This document shows positions 47,678 through 62,093 of a stretch of 64,000 bases of DNA, in pieces (position 1 is the stretch's first letter; each line of letters opens with the position of its first letter). The position numbers and the translations under genes were made by a program. The stretch is from Marsupella aquatica. Taxonomy: Eukaryota; Plantae; Marchantiophyta. Below the pieces are notes generated by a model, which was given only the letters and a program-made list of their open reading frames with translations, was not told where the DNA came from and ran no database searches. Location of the stretch: assembly GCA_973895155.1 (NCBI GenBank), contig OZ316891.1, positions 21,395,380 through 21,459,379 of the forward strand. The letters run 5' to 3'.

Positions 47678-50600
47678 CTACACTTTGTAATCTACCTTCT
47701 CCTCCTTGGATTGCAGAGCTCCTGCTTTAGGCTCATATGTTGGATCACTTGTGGGGAGAGCCAAGTACTTCTTTGGGAAGGGTTCTGGCATCATCTTCAG
47801 GACAATGCCCATCATTATTAGAAGAAGACCACTACCGTGTTGCCCCGTCAAGGGCTTTGTGAAAAGGATGTACGAGAGCAGCAATGTCAGCGCTTTCCTT
47901 GCAGTTGTTACCTGAACAGCAAAATGCTTTTAGTCAATAAGAGCTACTTGAACTCTCTGTATGCAGCTCTACTTTACGTGATCCTTCTCTTCTTCCACGC
48001 AGGCTTCAATTTTGCCTCTTTGAACTGCATTTGAATTGAATTGAATTCCAGTTTTTGCTAAAGAGTGAATTGAATTATTTTGCATTTATCTCACGATATT
48101 CCTACACTAATTTGGACAGGTGAAGGACCGTCCTCATTTCTACTAAACGACAGGCAGATAATTGAATCTGATCTGCTTGATCTATGGAGAACTTTATGAT
48201 CTTGCAACTAGGTCCATTGAACTCACAGAAGTGAACTCTTTTTAAATTTCTAGCAATAAACCTAGTATACGCTTTGGGAAAGGATCACTCACCATGGCTG
48301 TGGTTGCTGCACCGAAGAGAGCAATCAAACAGAGTACCGAGATCTGTCCTATGAATGTTGCCATAGCTTCGAATATGAGCACGAGATAGACGTACATGTT
48401 CTGCAACCGAACAAATAAAGGGATGAGCGTCTTCCTTCTTCCTACATGTGCTACCGTGGCTGTAGTTAAGTACACTCCGGTAAGTACTCTGAAAGTCTTT
48501 CATGCGTCAAACCAGTTTCAGGGTGCAATCATACAATCAGGAAAACTTTAGTCAATCTTGAACAGTAGAAGTTTGAATGTATTCAGAAGTTCATAAAAGA
48601 ACTCAGAATGAAGAAGTTTGGCAGACAAACTTTTGAACATTCGGTCCACGCCGTGAAGAGCTCGCCAGTAAGAACCATGGGTGGGATGAGGAAAGGGAGT
48701 CCAACTAAAGTAGAGCAGAATAACATCTCCATCTGCAAGCACAGTGGAAAACATTTCCGGTCAGAAGCATTGAACAACCAGTTGCATATATCCCATTGAT
48801 CATTTGAGCTTGGATGTAATATTTTGATGAATGCCAGAGGCTGAAAGTAACAACGGTCTGACTGGACACCTTGACAAGATGACAAACCGTGCGTATTAAG
48901 CACCATCGTGGTGCAAGATATCGAAGAAGGAGATTTACAGTCTCCCAGAAGCGATTCGAAGGATTCCTCTTTGCTACTAGCAAGATAGTTTCGCCGAACA
49001 TCTCAAGGTGATCCAACAAAGCCATCTACCAGAAAGAGACGACCAACCGAGAAGGAAACGGGTAGACGGATGAATTGAACAGAAAAGATCAGAAATTTAC
49101 ATTCGGAGGCCAGACACATCACTCAAAGCTTTACAGCACACAAGAGGCGGCAGAGGGACAGAGAATCAGATCGAGAAAACCTGACCTGTGTTGTAGCAGG
49201 GTTCATTTTGAAAATCGCCTCCTGGAGGTTGCCCAAGAATGCATCGAGCACGAGTGCCCCGCACACCATGACCACCCCAAGGACGCTGAAGTTCGGGGAC
49301 GTGTTCGCATCGGCTAGCGTGAAAATGACGAGACCGATGACCAGCATTATGGCCGAGACGTACTCGTGCAGAGGGTATTTTCGTCGTAGGCCAGGGATGA
49401 AGGCTCCCATCACCATTACAGGCAAGACCTGAAGGATATGCATTGACAGGATTTTTGCCGATGGTCGTCCGACATCAATGACATAAATGAAACGAAAAAT
49501 ATCAAGATCAATAGAAGACAACTGACGCCAAGTCTACCATAGCCACAATTGGAAACCGTAGAACTCTCTATGTTGACTAGATCACAACTTAGGCCGGTCT
49601 CAATCATGGACGTTTAACAACCCTCTGAGCAAAACTTTCAACGGAGATTGTGATGGTAATTAACAAGCAATAGAGCAGGAGAGCTACTAAACATAAAATT
49701 AAGGTATCCATTCCCAAGGGGAACAAATCTGAGACAGAACTAACGAGATTCAACTCCAGGGATGACTAACGCTACCGTCCTAAGCTGCAATGAAATACAG
49801 TCCCCATGTTTTGTGTCAGAAGGCAGAGAAGCTCCTACCTTCGTCGACTTGAACATTATTTGGGCTGGGTAGTTAAGCCACATGAGAGAGCCTTTCGTCA
49901 AACCGTGAGAGCCCATCAACACTGCAGATAGCTTGATATACGTCTTCCATGGATTCTGTATGTGCTTGGGCTTGAAGCCGTATAATGTGATGAGCCCCAA
50001 GTAGACAAGTCCCTGAATGAACGTGAAGTACCAGCCATAGCTACAAAATCCAACCAACCAGAGTGAGCGGTCCGTCAGTTACAGTAGGCGAGCTTGCTAT
50101 TGATTGCCAACCGACCGTCAGTCGGTAACAATGTCTCTATCACGAGGTCGATCCAACGAGTGATGTGAATTGCGACATGGATAGCTATTCCAATGTTTCC
50201 AGCCATCAGAACTAGCAATAAATCAGACGCCGTGATAATTGGAAACGAGACGGACGGTCGTTTGAACTATACACAGCGACCGAACTCCTAAGCTCGCTTG
50301 CGGTGTCCGTCCTTCGATGCTGTCACGAGGGAATCTGTGCAGATGTTTGGTGAATTCGCTCACAGAAGTGTGATATTCTATGTCAAAAGTACAACCGATC
50401 CAGGTGTGACAATCTGACTTTACTACGTGCAACGGCATCCGGACCATGAGCCAGCGGATATTTGCACCTAATCTGTGGTCGCTTCATATGAATTGTCACT
50501 ACTCCAGTATTGCGTCATCAATTGAACGGCGGTTGACGAAATCCATAGACGGTGAGCGTCAATTTCTTAGATGCGTTGCAATTAAGCCTGTGCACTGACA

Positions 50601-51558
50601 GAAAACTTTCTGTGAACAAGCCGTTAAATTTACGAGAAAAGGCACCGGCACCAACCTGAATCGGAGCCTGTTGTACACGTACTCCTGTTAACCATTAAAC
50701 GAACGATTGTCAAAAACATGGCCTTCCTTCCAGCAAGCAAGACTCAGTGATTCATCTCAGTGATTCATCCAATCGAAGACGATGTACACATCATCACACA
50801 TCATAAATGTTGCCTCCTGCTAATTCTTGTCCTAAGACCAGAGACAAACGTGAAGCAAAGTTCAATTTTCGGCATCCCAATTGTGGAATTGGATGGTCGA
50901 CGCAACCAAACGACCTTGAGTTAGTTCTCACTCGGTACTGTACTGCAGTTCTGGGTGGCGCCGGAGAAAATGCCAACAAAAGAAATTCAAATAAAATTAG
51001 GAAGTAAAACTCATAAGAATAGACACGACAGAGGAGGAGAGTTCTCGTGATGGTCTGAGGAGGGGACTCAATGAACTAACCACTCGGATCCTACGCTATA
51101 GGGCAGCCCAAACACACTCACAAAACCACAATTGTAGAATTGTGTACCATCATTGTGCGCCCTTCGCTTCCTTGTGTCCAACGGTTCAGCTGGTAGATTC
51201 ATTAAAGAACGATGATTGGCCCATCACTCCTCAATAATTTTCATCCTACCGTTTCACTCTATGCCGCAAATTTAATGTGCTCCTATCTACTGCTCTCACG
51301 TCCAGGTTCTCACCCCATGAATGACACGTGATGCGGTTACACGATTTGGCTTCCACAGCAGTACTGCATCTAAAAAAAATCACCACGAGGAAGAGGAGAG
51401 GAGAGGAGAGGAGAGGAGACATTCACCTCACAGACTCCATTCACCATGTACCCGAAGAAAAATCCTCCACCGCAGATTAGAAGTTGCAACCATCTCGGCT
51501 TTGAAGAGAGGTTCAATCCGAGCAACGCAATCCCATTCTCTTCGGCAGGGCCGCCCAT
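47678..51558 (-). CDS. UTR2: UDP-galactose/UDP-glucose transporter 2/4-like (SLC35B3-type nucleotide-sugar transporter), 7 coding exons
   Basis: Exons 51558-51427, 50684-50656 (29 nt), 50040-49839, ~49428-49186, ~48731-48630, ~48402-48292 and ~47911-47678. They encode [59 protein letters not shown] and [13 protein letters not shown]. Confidence 0.95.
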
Positions 51559-53279
51559 GTTCAATACTCAAATATCTCCGCGGAACGTTTGCAAAATAAT
51601 CAGAGACCAGTCCAACGCGAATTCTTGAAGAGAACGGATGGACCCGCGATGACCGTCCGCTACTCTAGCTGGCTGCAGGAGAAGAGGGAGGACGCCCGAC
51701 TTGTGCCTATCTATCTCAACGTTCCTTCCTCATCAACCGAATCTTTCCACCCTCCTAACCGGCGACACCAGACACGGCCCTTTCCACGCAATGCAACTCA
51801 CCCTCTTCTTCAGCTCCCTCAGATTGCTTCCTCCTGTTCCCTCAGGACCCTTTTCACCAACCCCCTCACCTGGAAACATATCCCTCTCTGTTTCTAGCTT
51901 GCTCCGCAAAGAGCCGCAGAACACGAAAATCAACGAAAGAGCACGCAGTACAATTAAGCTCAATCAATCAGTCAGCCATCCAGTCTATCACGAGAAAGTA
52001 ATCTGCTTCCTCCTCCAGAAGAACAATTCCTGGATTCAATCGACTCCAATTGCCGTATCTACCGCTGCGCCTCGTCTTCTTCCTCCTCTGGCACCAACCG
52101 ACCAAAGTGGACTCCCCGCCCTGCCCCGTCCACAGCAGATTTCTTGTTATCAACGTAAATGCCTCACAACTATCGTAAATTGTCCTATAATCTGCACCGC
52201 CAATCCCATTGCGAAATTGAAGGGATGTTTCACGAAAGCAAAGAAAACCATAACCTCAAAATAATGCCCTCCGCAGCATCATTTTGCCTCTCTCTGTGCT
52301 AATCCCCAATGCCCTCTCCTTCTGATGCATTCACCGCCTGCCTTTCCGACCCCTCCCTAACGGAGATTGTGCACTAGTGTAGATCACGGAGAGGAGAGGA
52401 ACCGCGAGCAGAGCAGCGAGCTCTAATATGAAGTCGCCGTGTGGAAGCAGAAAAGAGCATAGACCTGAAATGCAGATCTTCCGAGCGAAAAAACCAATTC
52501 CAGATCAAAGCATTGCTTCACGGAGCGACGAAATCCTCCGCGGCATCTCTCATCGGTCAATCCGGGCTATTCCAATACTCCACAGGCCTTCTCCGCCGCG
52601 TTCAATGCCTTCGATGCACGCCTGCCTGGAGACCTTCTGAGGTTCTGACCCCTCGCTAATAGAATTTGCACGAGCTCAGAGGACTGACTCGAGACCGGAG
52701 CAGCAAAGCGAGCTTAAATCGCTGTCGGACTCGGAATTTTCTAGTGTATACAAATCTAGATCCCGTCGCCAAGTTTGACCTTCCCACGAAAAGCTCAATT
52801 TGCTCGACGCAATCACGCAAAACGTTGGATCGCGCGTTAGAAAATTGCAGATCCGCAACGAGACAACACATGTTTGCTCGACATTAGCAGAAAACAGGCA
52901 GACAGACAGACAATCCAGCGATCGTGGGGCCGGACCTCCGGGTCGCAGCATGGGACGAGCCGACGAAGGCGACCGTCCTCCGGGGACGGTACGCTACTTA
53001 CTAACCGTAGTTACGGACAACAATGTCGTACTCGTCCCGTGTCACCGGCACCACGGCGAACACTCCGGCGCACCACTCCGGCGAACCACCCCGGCGAACG
53101 GTTGATGGTCGCGGGCCGAAACCGTTCGAGGACCAAAAAATGAAAAAGTGACTCGATCTGGAAATCACACGCTTCGCCGCAATAATCACTAGCGACAATT
53201 GATTTAATTCAGGTCCTGGAAAATTAATTTAAAAATCACTCGGGTCCAATTGGGTCCCGCTCTTAGATGCTGTCAGCCA

Positions 53280-53480
53280 GTCTGTGTCAAATTCTGTGTG
53301 TGTAAAGTGCTTTGTGTCAAGTCTTTTTTGTGTAAAGGTTTTGGTCTTAATTGTGTAAAGGGGAACTCCAGATGGGGTTTGTTTGTGTGCCTGTTGGTGT
53401 CAAATTTTGTATGTAAAGTGCTTTGTGTCAGATTTTGTGCATAAAGAACTTTGGTCTTTTCCTTGTAAAGAGCTTTGGTG
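53280..53480. repeat. Low-complexity TGTAAAG/TTTGTGTCA repeat block, probably a non-autonomous TE upstream of the transporter gene
   Basis: GTCAAATT(C/T)TGT(G/A)TGTAAAGTGCTTTGTGTCA-like block twice, plus further TGTAAAG copies. Confidence 0.5.
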
Positions 53481-56400
53481 CAGGGGTGCAGGCCACTTTG
53501 GGATGAGGGTTGTCTGTGTGTGAAGGGCTTTGCTAAGGCCCACTTTGGGATGGAGGTTCGTGCAAAATAGGGTTGTGCAAACCCTACTGTGGTCAACTGA
53601 TGAAGCTTGAACTCAAAACCTCACTTGTAGCAATGAAGATTGCTACCCTGGACTGAGCTTGCTGGGAAATCTAGTTTTGAGCAACCTTGAACTTATGTGT
53701 ATCTGCACACAATATGTATCTTTTGGAAATGTGAATACATACACCCCATGTCATCATCTTTTAGGTGCGAAGGGCAGCAAGTGATAACGGGCAGTGCTGA
53801 ATGGCAGGACCCAATGGACAACAATAAATGGATTATGGATATGTAATTAATGTTTGTGGATAGTTAAGTACTTAAACTTCCAGACCCTAAGAATGCAAGA
53901 AACACTTCTCCAAAGTATGTGAACACTGATAAATCAGAGTCTATCTGTCTTTCTAGATTAGTTGAATGTGCATTGTGGATTGTGGGTTCATGACGTGGTC
54001 ACTAGAGTGAAGCCATAGATCCTAATTAGCAGTATCATTTACTTTTGTTATTCAGACTTTCTATTGAGTTGGGATACGGATGGGGGATATGGGTAAGGGA
54101 ACCCTTCCTGTCCATATTCAGGCTAGTTTACATTAGAATGCTTGGAATTTCCCTAAAATAGGCATTGGAAAATTTATAATTTTGTTTGGTATTGAAAGGA
54201 ATCCTTTGGTTACATAGAAACATTTTGAAAATCCTATCAACATGTGGAGGCTCAGAATCCCATTTGAGTGTGAAAGCAGGAAAATGAGGGGGACCAAAAC
54301 TCACTTGTTTTTGCTTGTAGATAGTTGTCAAAACCCACATTCTGGTGACTTTCAGATGGGGGAATCTGCAGGTCCAGGGTGAAGGAATGTTTGGAGGGAA
54401 TTATCAAAGGTGAATCATGAGCCTCCACATGTAATTAAACCAGTGCACACCATCTCCAATTAGCATAGTAGTCATTTACGAGATGGGGGATACAGCAACC
54501 TTGCAATTAAATTAGTTTATGAGGCAGGTTAGTAATTTTGCCCAGTTTTGGGGATATGACAGTAAAACACAGTAATAAATGAGTATAGTTATGAAAACAT
54601 AAGTGCTTGAAACTAGACGAGTTGTTCGGCATTTTAATTCAAGTTTAGGGTGAGTTGCTGGTTGACATCACTATCAACTATAGAAGTGGGTGTTCAATAC
54701 CTGGGTGAGATTGTGTTTAGGTCTCCCTTAGGTGATTTTCCCAGAGTCGCCCAAAATTCAGAACATGATAAACTCAGCTTTGGAGGAATAGTGACCAGCT
54801 TAGTGCAGGAGATGAGGTAATAAGTCACCACATGTTTTGTGGTTAAGCAAACTTCTCGGCAGACTCTAGAGTTACTCATTTTTGGCTTTTGATCTGACTG
54901 GTTGCATGTCTATTATTCTCTCCATAACCTAGTCCCTGTCCTTTGGACGCCAATACTTATAATGTAAACAAACAGGAACTCATTTCATTTCACTCTCACA
55001 TCATGGTATGTTTCTGCCTGGCTAGAGTCACAGTCTAGAGTCCTCACTCTAGACCCGAGGACTCTAGACCACAGCTCTTGATTCTATCTCTTGGCCATTA
55101 ATAAGTTACTAGCCTAATTACCTGTTCCTTGAACTCAAATAGATATCAAGAGAAAAAATATTGCACAATAAAACTTGTATGCTATTTTTGTTGATCTTTG
55201 CCTCATCCTTGGTTTTTGTCCACCCTCATTTTAGTTTTGTCTTTATTTGGAATCAATGTAACTTTTGTCCATCCTCATTTTCTAACTCTAGGTATAGTTT
55301 CGTTTCGCACTTCTATAATAAGACATTTATTTGTGTAACTTTAGTGTATCCAAGACATTATGGAACCTGAATTAGTCTTACTACCAGTAATTGGGTGTAA
55401 TTGTGGACACAAACCAGTCGCCCGTTAGTTCCGACACTGACTAACCGGTCGCCTGTCGCGAACTGAAAGTGGAAGTCGTTTACGGACGAAAAGTCGACGA
55501 GATATTCCAAAGGAAGTTAAAGATGAGATCTGAAAAGCCGACAATAGTACTGTGCCAAGACTAGGGTGTCAACTGTCAAGACACGACGACAGGCCTGAGT
55601 AACGACATGTAACACCAAATAATGTACAGTACAGCTCCAAAAACTAATTCGCCAGACATCTCGTTATGAACTGCCCCGGCGGTAAGCATCCGTAAAGGCA
55701 TTGCTGGAATCTAAAGCAGTTAGCTGCACAAGTGCCGTCGATAGGAATGATCGACGGATACTAGGTGGACAGTTGAAAGAAGATTCTCTACAGGTTGGCC
55801 TCGAAATTATTGGTATGTTGTATTATTGAGCGGCCCGTTGGCGGTAGCGAAACCGCAACGCCAGGGATCTTTGTCAGACCAGACCTGCAACATCAGCCCC
55901 CAGGCTGGGGTAAATTCGAAACTGGTAAAGTAAGCTTGAATAGTATCTTTTCCCATGATATAACACAAAAAAGCCAAACAAAGTACAATGACGGGAAAAC
56001 GAAAAGGTGCTGTGTTCAGGGGTTTGGTTGAAGGACTAGATAAAGACTCTAATATGCAATCCAGCTTTTTCTTTCTGATGGTCTAGTTAGTAGATGCCTT
56101 TCCTCCTGGAATACTCCCTAGGGGTTGGATGGACCTAAGGTGCCATTGTGCACCTTTTTCATGGCAACTTGTCACTGTTGTAGAAGCTAGCACACTCTTT
56201 AAAATCCAGTTGCCAGACTGACTCCCCACAATGTGTGACTACCAGATCATCTAGTTTAGAAACCACCTCCACTCACGATCACTCACTATTGACAATATTG
56301 TTCTTGCTATCCTATGCAGCATTTGTATGTTAAAGAGCAGTTTTCAGGAGGAATTTTCAAAATAAATCTCGGGTGATTTGTTTTCCAAGGTTCCCATTGA

Positions 56401-59400
56401 AGGGCAAATAAGTTTCTTGAGTGCGAATTCTGTTTGCTTTTTTGCAGTTATTTTCAATGACTTGCGATGAGCTGGACACTGAGATGGAACGGTGGAGGGA
56501 AGGAAGGGGGAAATATGCTCTCTGAACCTGTAGAAATACAAAGAAAAAATGATTTATGCATTTCAAATAAATTTCTAGACCTACTACAAGCCCCTGCTGT
56601 GCACACACATTAAACCTAGGCTGCTGATATGGTTCTGGCCTAAACTCAGAGTCAAAACTGCAAAGCATGCTCATCCTGGAATGCTTGATTTATTTGTCTT
56701 GTAGTGATCTGAAAGTAAATCAAATATGAGAGCATAACTAGACGGATAAAATAATGTAAGTAAAGTGCCTGCCAAGAAAAGCACAGTGACCAATGAAAAG
56801 TACAGTCAAATTTATGACACAACTATACTACTACATTTGTGCACTTAATTCAATGTGCCTTATGAATGAATCATTTCAATAAAAACCATAAACTTAAGAA
56901 AGAAAAACATGAGAGAAACCTAAGACACTATGTGTTCATGTCATTCAGAATCATTTCTCTCACTCATGAGATTACTTACTTTGTTCTAGTGGTGGAGCCC
57001 CTTGGTTTCATCTCTAAGAGATCACAAACTTTAAAAGTTATAAGGGGCTGCCAAATTAAGTTCAAATAACCCTCGAATACCTAAAATTAAAGGGGTCTAA
57101 AAATTAACTAAAAATGTATATGATACAAAGACTTCCCCTTGATAAGGCACATTGAAATAAAAATACATGACACAAAAATCTGAATAAGTCAAAACTGAAG
57201 CAGTTCTAACTATCTGGTTGGGGGCTGAGCTTCTGACCTACAGTGAGTAGGGCCTGGGGTATGGCATTTAGTGTGATCTGCACTCATCTTGATATTTGAT
57301 TTCTTGGAGTGAAAACAACAATTAGTGTGAATAGTGTGATATGGCCATTAGATTTTGTAAGCACTAATTTATGGAAATCCAGAATAATGAGTTTGTACCA
57401 CAAAAATGATGCTCCATGAACCGACCCATTGAACCATGCAACCCCCATAGATTGTGACACTTAATTTTATACATTCCCTAATTGACACCCTTCTTGTTTC
57501 CAAAATGTTTCAATAGCAAAGTTTGACCTTCAATATCTCACTTTTATCCACCGGAATATGGACATTTTGTATGTCCCTGGATATCCAATTAAATCTTATA
57601 ATCTTAGGTTTGAAAGAATGCCTTTGAAAGGTATTCCCAATGAGCCTAATATAGTCAAATTTCATGGAGAATTGATAGATCTATAAACTCTCAAATATAC
57701 TCTCACTTTCATGCCACATTTCACTTGCATGTGTCATCTATACTAGGAAAGGGTTTTGCTACAGTTCATCCCAGCTACAAAAATCTATCCAAGCCTTTTG
57801 GTCCACATGGATGTTCCGGGCTTTAATCTAGTGCACTAGTTAAAATGTTCCTTATTAGTGTGGATCAATGGTTTGGCATTTTATTAGACAGTGTGGATTG
57901 GCGGATGACTACTACCTGAAGGTAGACCTTGAAGTAGTTTACCAGGGTCAGAGTAAAGGTCCAAAATTTAGTTCTTCAAGATTGACTTGGGGCTAACACA
58001 CGCACCCTTCTGGCCCCCAAGCGATCCACAGATGAGCCAAGATTGGTCTTTCCTGCTCCTACTTGAAACCCTAAAATTAGTGTTTAAAATTGATTTACCA
58101 TATATTACTAATGTGTTAAAATTCATTCATGACAATTAGTGTGGTTCACACTAATTCTTCCATCCATCATTTTGATTCTTAACAAAATTAGTGTTGTTCA
58201 CAGTAATTTCTCAGGCCAAGATTGTGATTTACAACACTTAGATTGGACAGCTTTTATCCATGCTATATTATGTATTTAATGTAGGGGTATTAGTAAATTC
58301 TTTTCCTTAGATGGCAATGTTCATAGACTTGCATGGAATTTATGAAAATGTTTATCTTGACTAAATTGGTATGGATTTAGAATTTAAAAAGCCTGACTTT
58401 CATAAGAAAGTATTTTGGGACCTCTTGTGAGTACAATGAAAGGTTTTAACAGATATCACATCTGAGCTTAGTATGGTTCCAAGTCAATATATGTGGGTGG
58501 CTTTTTGTAGTTTTAGTAGCCAGGCCAGAGGAAGGTAAGCCTAGTTGCTTATCACACGTGAACAAAAGCTTGAATAGACCATTGCAACCCAGTTCAATCA
58601 TCTTGAAACACCAAACCTATCTGTATAGTCACGCTTCCTTTGAAATGTGCAACTTTGAACCAAGACTTTTCTAGAAACTTTTAGAAGTGTACTAGCTGTA
58701 CATGCAAATGTGCAACCTCTTTGCATATGTGTTCAAACCAGATGCCCTCTTTGCCACTGACTGTAGCTCTGAGCGATGCATCATTACTCATGATTTGAGT
58801 TTGGCCAATTTACCAAGGTCAAATTTGAGATAATTAGAACTTCTGAGGGATCAGTAAAGCTTGCATAAACTTTTGTGTAACTTTAATTGATCAAATAAAA
58901 TTCTGTGCCCAGTCTCTTTTGTCCTATGTAGGATTGACACAAAGATGCATGAGTCATCTCTAGTTAAGGTACTTCACAGATAGGTTTATTACCTGGACTC
59001 TTTCTATTTGTGTACTCTTCCTGGCCTTTTGTTATAAATCTGGAGTGTGTTATTTCCAAGGAAATCTGGAGTGTGTTATTGGGTTGTGGTTGGTCAATTG
59101 ACCAAACCTTTATTTTTGGGTATCAAAAGTACTACACACTGGGACCTGGTGCTCATGCAGCTCAGGTGACGAACTGGTCTTAATAGAACCCCTTAAACAG
59201 AATTCAAAAAATTCTCCAGACTATGCAGTTTCTTTTAGAAACAAGTTTAGGTTTTTTTACTGTCAGGCTTCCAGTTTGTTGTTGAGTAGCTTATTCCTTT
59301 GCAGTTTGGATTGTTGTCTTTTGGGTCTTTGTTATCTTCTTATTTCTCATTTGTTTCTCCCTCTTTATTGGGCTTCTTGCCTTTGGGATCCTGTCTCCCA

Positions 59401-61199
59401 CCAGTATGGTGCTTATTGTTATAAATAAAAAGGCTGATATTGCTTTGAGTGTGAGCGCCCTGGATTTGAATGCAAAATCAGGAGAAAGCTCTCTACGGCA
59501 ACTTCGAATGAATCATTTCAGTATACGACTGTACTCCGAATTCTGTCCTCGAAGCGATTCAGATTCCTGCAATTCTCAACTTTAAAACCCCCACAAGGAA
59601 TCAGACCAGGCCTTCTGACTTCAATAAACGAAGTAGCCCGTCCAGTAGAGATGAACTTGCAAATGTCAGTGAGTGAATTATTTTCTTCTGTTCTGCATGA
59701 TTGAATTCTCGACGAAGCCTACCCAGTTACGGCATTCCAAGATGTAGCCATATAGACTTGCAAATGTCAGTCACGCTGACCTGTCTAATGTGCTTGAAGT
59801 TTAGACCAAGCCTGCTTACGGCATTCCATTGTTCCATACTCCATTGCAGCTGACAGTTCCATTCATTGAGACCTCTCAGGGTTCACTGTCTATACCTTTC
59901 TAGCCCAGTTTCGATACATTTTGCTGTTGCCTAGATCCTCCATTTCTTCTTATGAAACTCGGATCCTACTATCTGTTTACCCATGTACAATGTACAGAGT
60001 AACTACAGATAAAGCGAATGCACTTTAGTGTTTGAAAGAGCACATGGACCTTTCGCTAAACAAGAACAAACCTCACAAAGACATTTTGCGTAATCAAGCT
60101 CTCATTCACACTCTAAAAGTAAAATGTCAGTCCTATAAAATTTGATGAACTCCTATTATTTTAGCAGTTGTTCAAGGGGATGCATTCACACTTAATGCGG
60201 TACCTTTTGATTGACATTATGTAGTACATGGTTCGACGTTGAAAGCTATTAGCCATCGGCACAAATGGAGCCTTGCTTGGAATTCAGATCTAGGTACTAA
60301 GTACGACAACAGGTCGGAATATTTCCATAATTCTAGTCACTGCGTATACTGGACATCTCACAATGGATTGGAATTAAAAACTTGAGAAAATATCCGGACA
60401 ACCAAGAGGAACAGCTCGTCAAGTTCACAGGCACCGGAAAGAATATCTTACATACCAACTTGACAGGGCGTTGTTGTCAAGGGACAGGTCAAAATAAAGA
60501 AAGCACATTGGACACCCTAGCGCACGGTAAACAGACGAACGAGACAGATAAACAGACGAAAGAGAACGAGACTGTTTCTCAAAAGTTTAATAAATGGTTT
60601 TCGCCCCCATCAGAAGGTGAACGCGGGAGGCATCAGCGTAAGCCCTTGACAAAATGTTGTTGTGTTTAAGGAACAGGCAAAAATATAGAAGCCTACTCCA
60701 CACTGATCAGACGAAAGAGAGACGAAAGAGACCAAGAATTTTTTCCACAAGCTGTTTGTCCCCCATCTAAAGGTAAACGCTGGAGGCGTCAGCGCAAGCC
60801 TAAGGGCGACAAACGATGGTCACCAAACAATCCCAGAAAATGGCCAGAAATGCCTGAAACCGTTGTTGGAGCCAATCCAGCCAGAGCGCAATGGAAGCAA
60901 TAAGTACAGAGTGAGCTGCCATTATGTTTGACTAGGAAAATGAGCTCTAAGCAACAGAAACTTAAATCGAGTAAATGCCTCTGAATCAAGGAAGGTAAGA
61001 GCGAGGGAAACATGGGAGCCGTTCACAAGAGAGAATGCTCGAACACTCAGGAGTCCAACACTTCGACAACCAAAAGCACAGCTCAACGGACCTCAGAACA
61101 GTCGAAGTGCAAGAGTGCAGAAACCGCATTACCTCAGAAATAGTGTAAAAGCGGCACAGACCCTCCAGCTGAAATCCCGTCCCAAGCACAAATCGCTAT

Positions 61200-61630
61200 A
61201 CTCCAAAGAAGAAGCTCAAGGGTTTCAGCGAACAAACATTCACTCGACAGTACAGAAACTTTGCCAACCCAAAACCACAGCTGAATTAGTAATAGACCCC
61301 CCTCAGCGCGCTAGCGAATTGCACAATATCGCCCGACGAGAATCCTCGAGACTGCTTCGAAGGGTCCCCTTCATCCCCATTCTCGAGGACGCACATGCTG
61401 ATGAAAGCTCAAGAGAGGCTCTCGAGGGGGAATTAGACGACTTTGAATTTGAACGACTCCTACATAATTGCAAAGATCGCCCAGCAAGAATGCTCGAGAT
61501 TGCATCAAAGTCCTCCTTCATCGCTATCGCTTTCCATTCCATTCCATTTTCTTGAGGACGGTGATGAAAGCTCAAGAGAAGCGATGGAGGGGAATTAAAC
61601 AACTTTGAACTTAACCGACTCTACAGCCGG
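61200..61630 (-). repeat. Inverted, internally duplicated paralogue of the TPX2 upstream region (37985-38275)
   Basis: 25-bp perfect match of 61473-61497 to 38143-38167. Two ~150-bp tandem units (61320-61464 and 61466-61625). Homology continues past the GT donor equivalent into intron-like sequence. Confidence 0.8.
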
Positions 61631-61741
61631 GCCCCCTCGGCAAAGCTCTTTCCTCCTGCCCGCGCCATCTACGGGACATTTCGCACTGACCTAGACTCCT
61701 CCACGCTGCCCGCAAGATCGTCGGGTTTGACGGTCATTCCC

Positions 61742-61751
61742 AGCCGTTGGA
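61742..61751 (-). promoter_or_regulatory. Consensus MSA-like element
   Basis: Minus strand TCCAACGGCT matches YCYAACGGYY, about 120 bp upstream of the TPX2-leader paralogue. Confidence 0.45.
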
Positions 61752-62093
61752 TGAGCTTGTTTTCGCGCTGAACATGACTGGATGACGTTTTTCGTCCCGG
61801 CTGCCCGATAGTCATCATTACAGTGTACTGTAGCCCAAACAATATTCTATTCCATTTTACTTTTTCTTGTATTCTTGAGCGTGTAGTAGAGGGAACTTAA
61901 AGCCATATGGACCCTTGTCCATGAAGCCCTTAGGATAAGCCACATCTGCATGGACATGGACTTATGAAAACACAAAGATATGCTTGAATAATTTACTTTT
62001 TTATCCAAAAAAATCCCAGTTTGAATTGACGGACATGTTGTCGTGTTGTCTGACACATAAACTCGTCACATTCCTGCTCAAAATAGGGCCAAA

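Noticed and set aside
51589-53198. Multiple ORFs up to 187 aa upstream of the transporter ATG
   Set aside because: They fall in the GC-rich promoter, 5' UTR and leader introns of the minus-strand transporter gene and show no domains.
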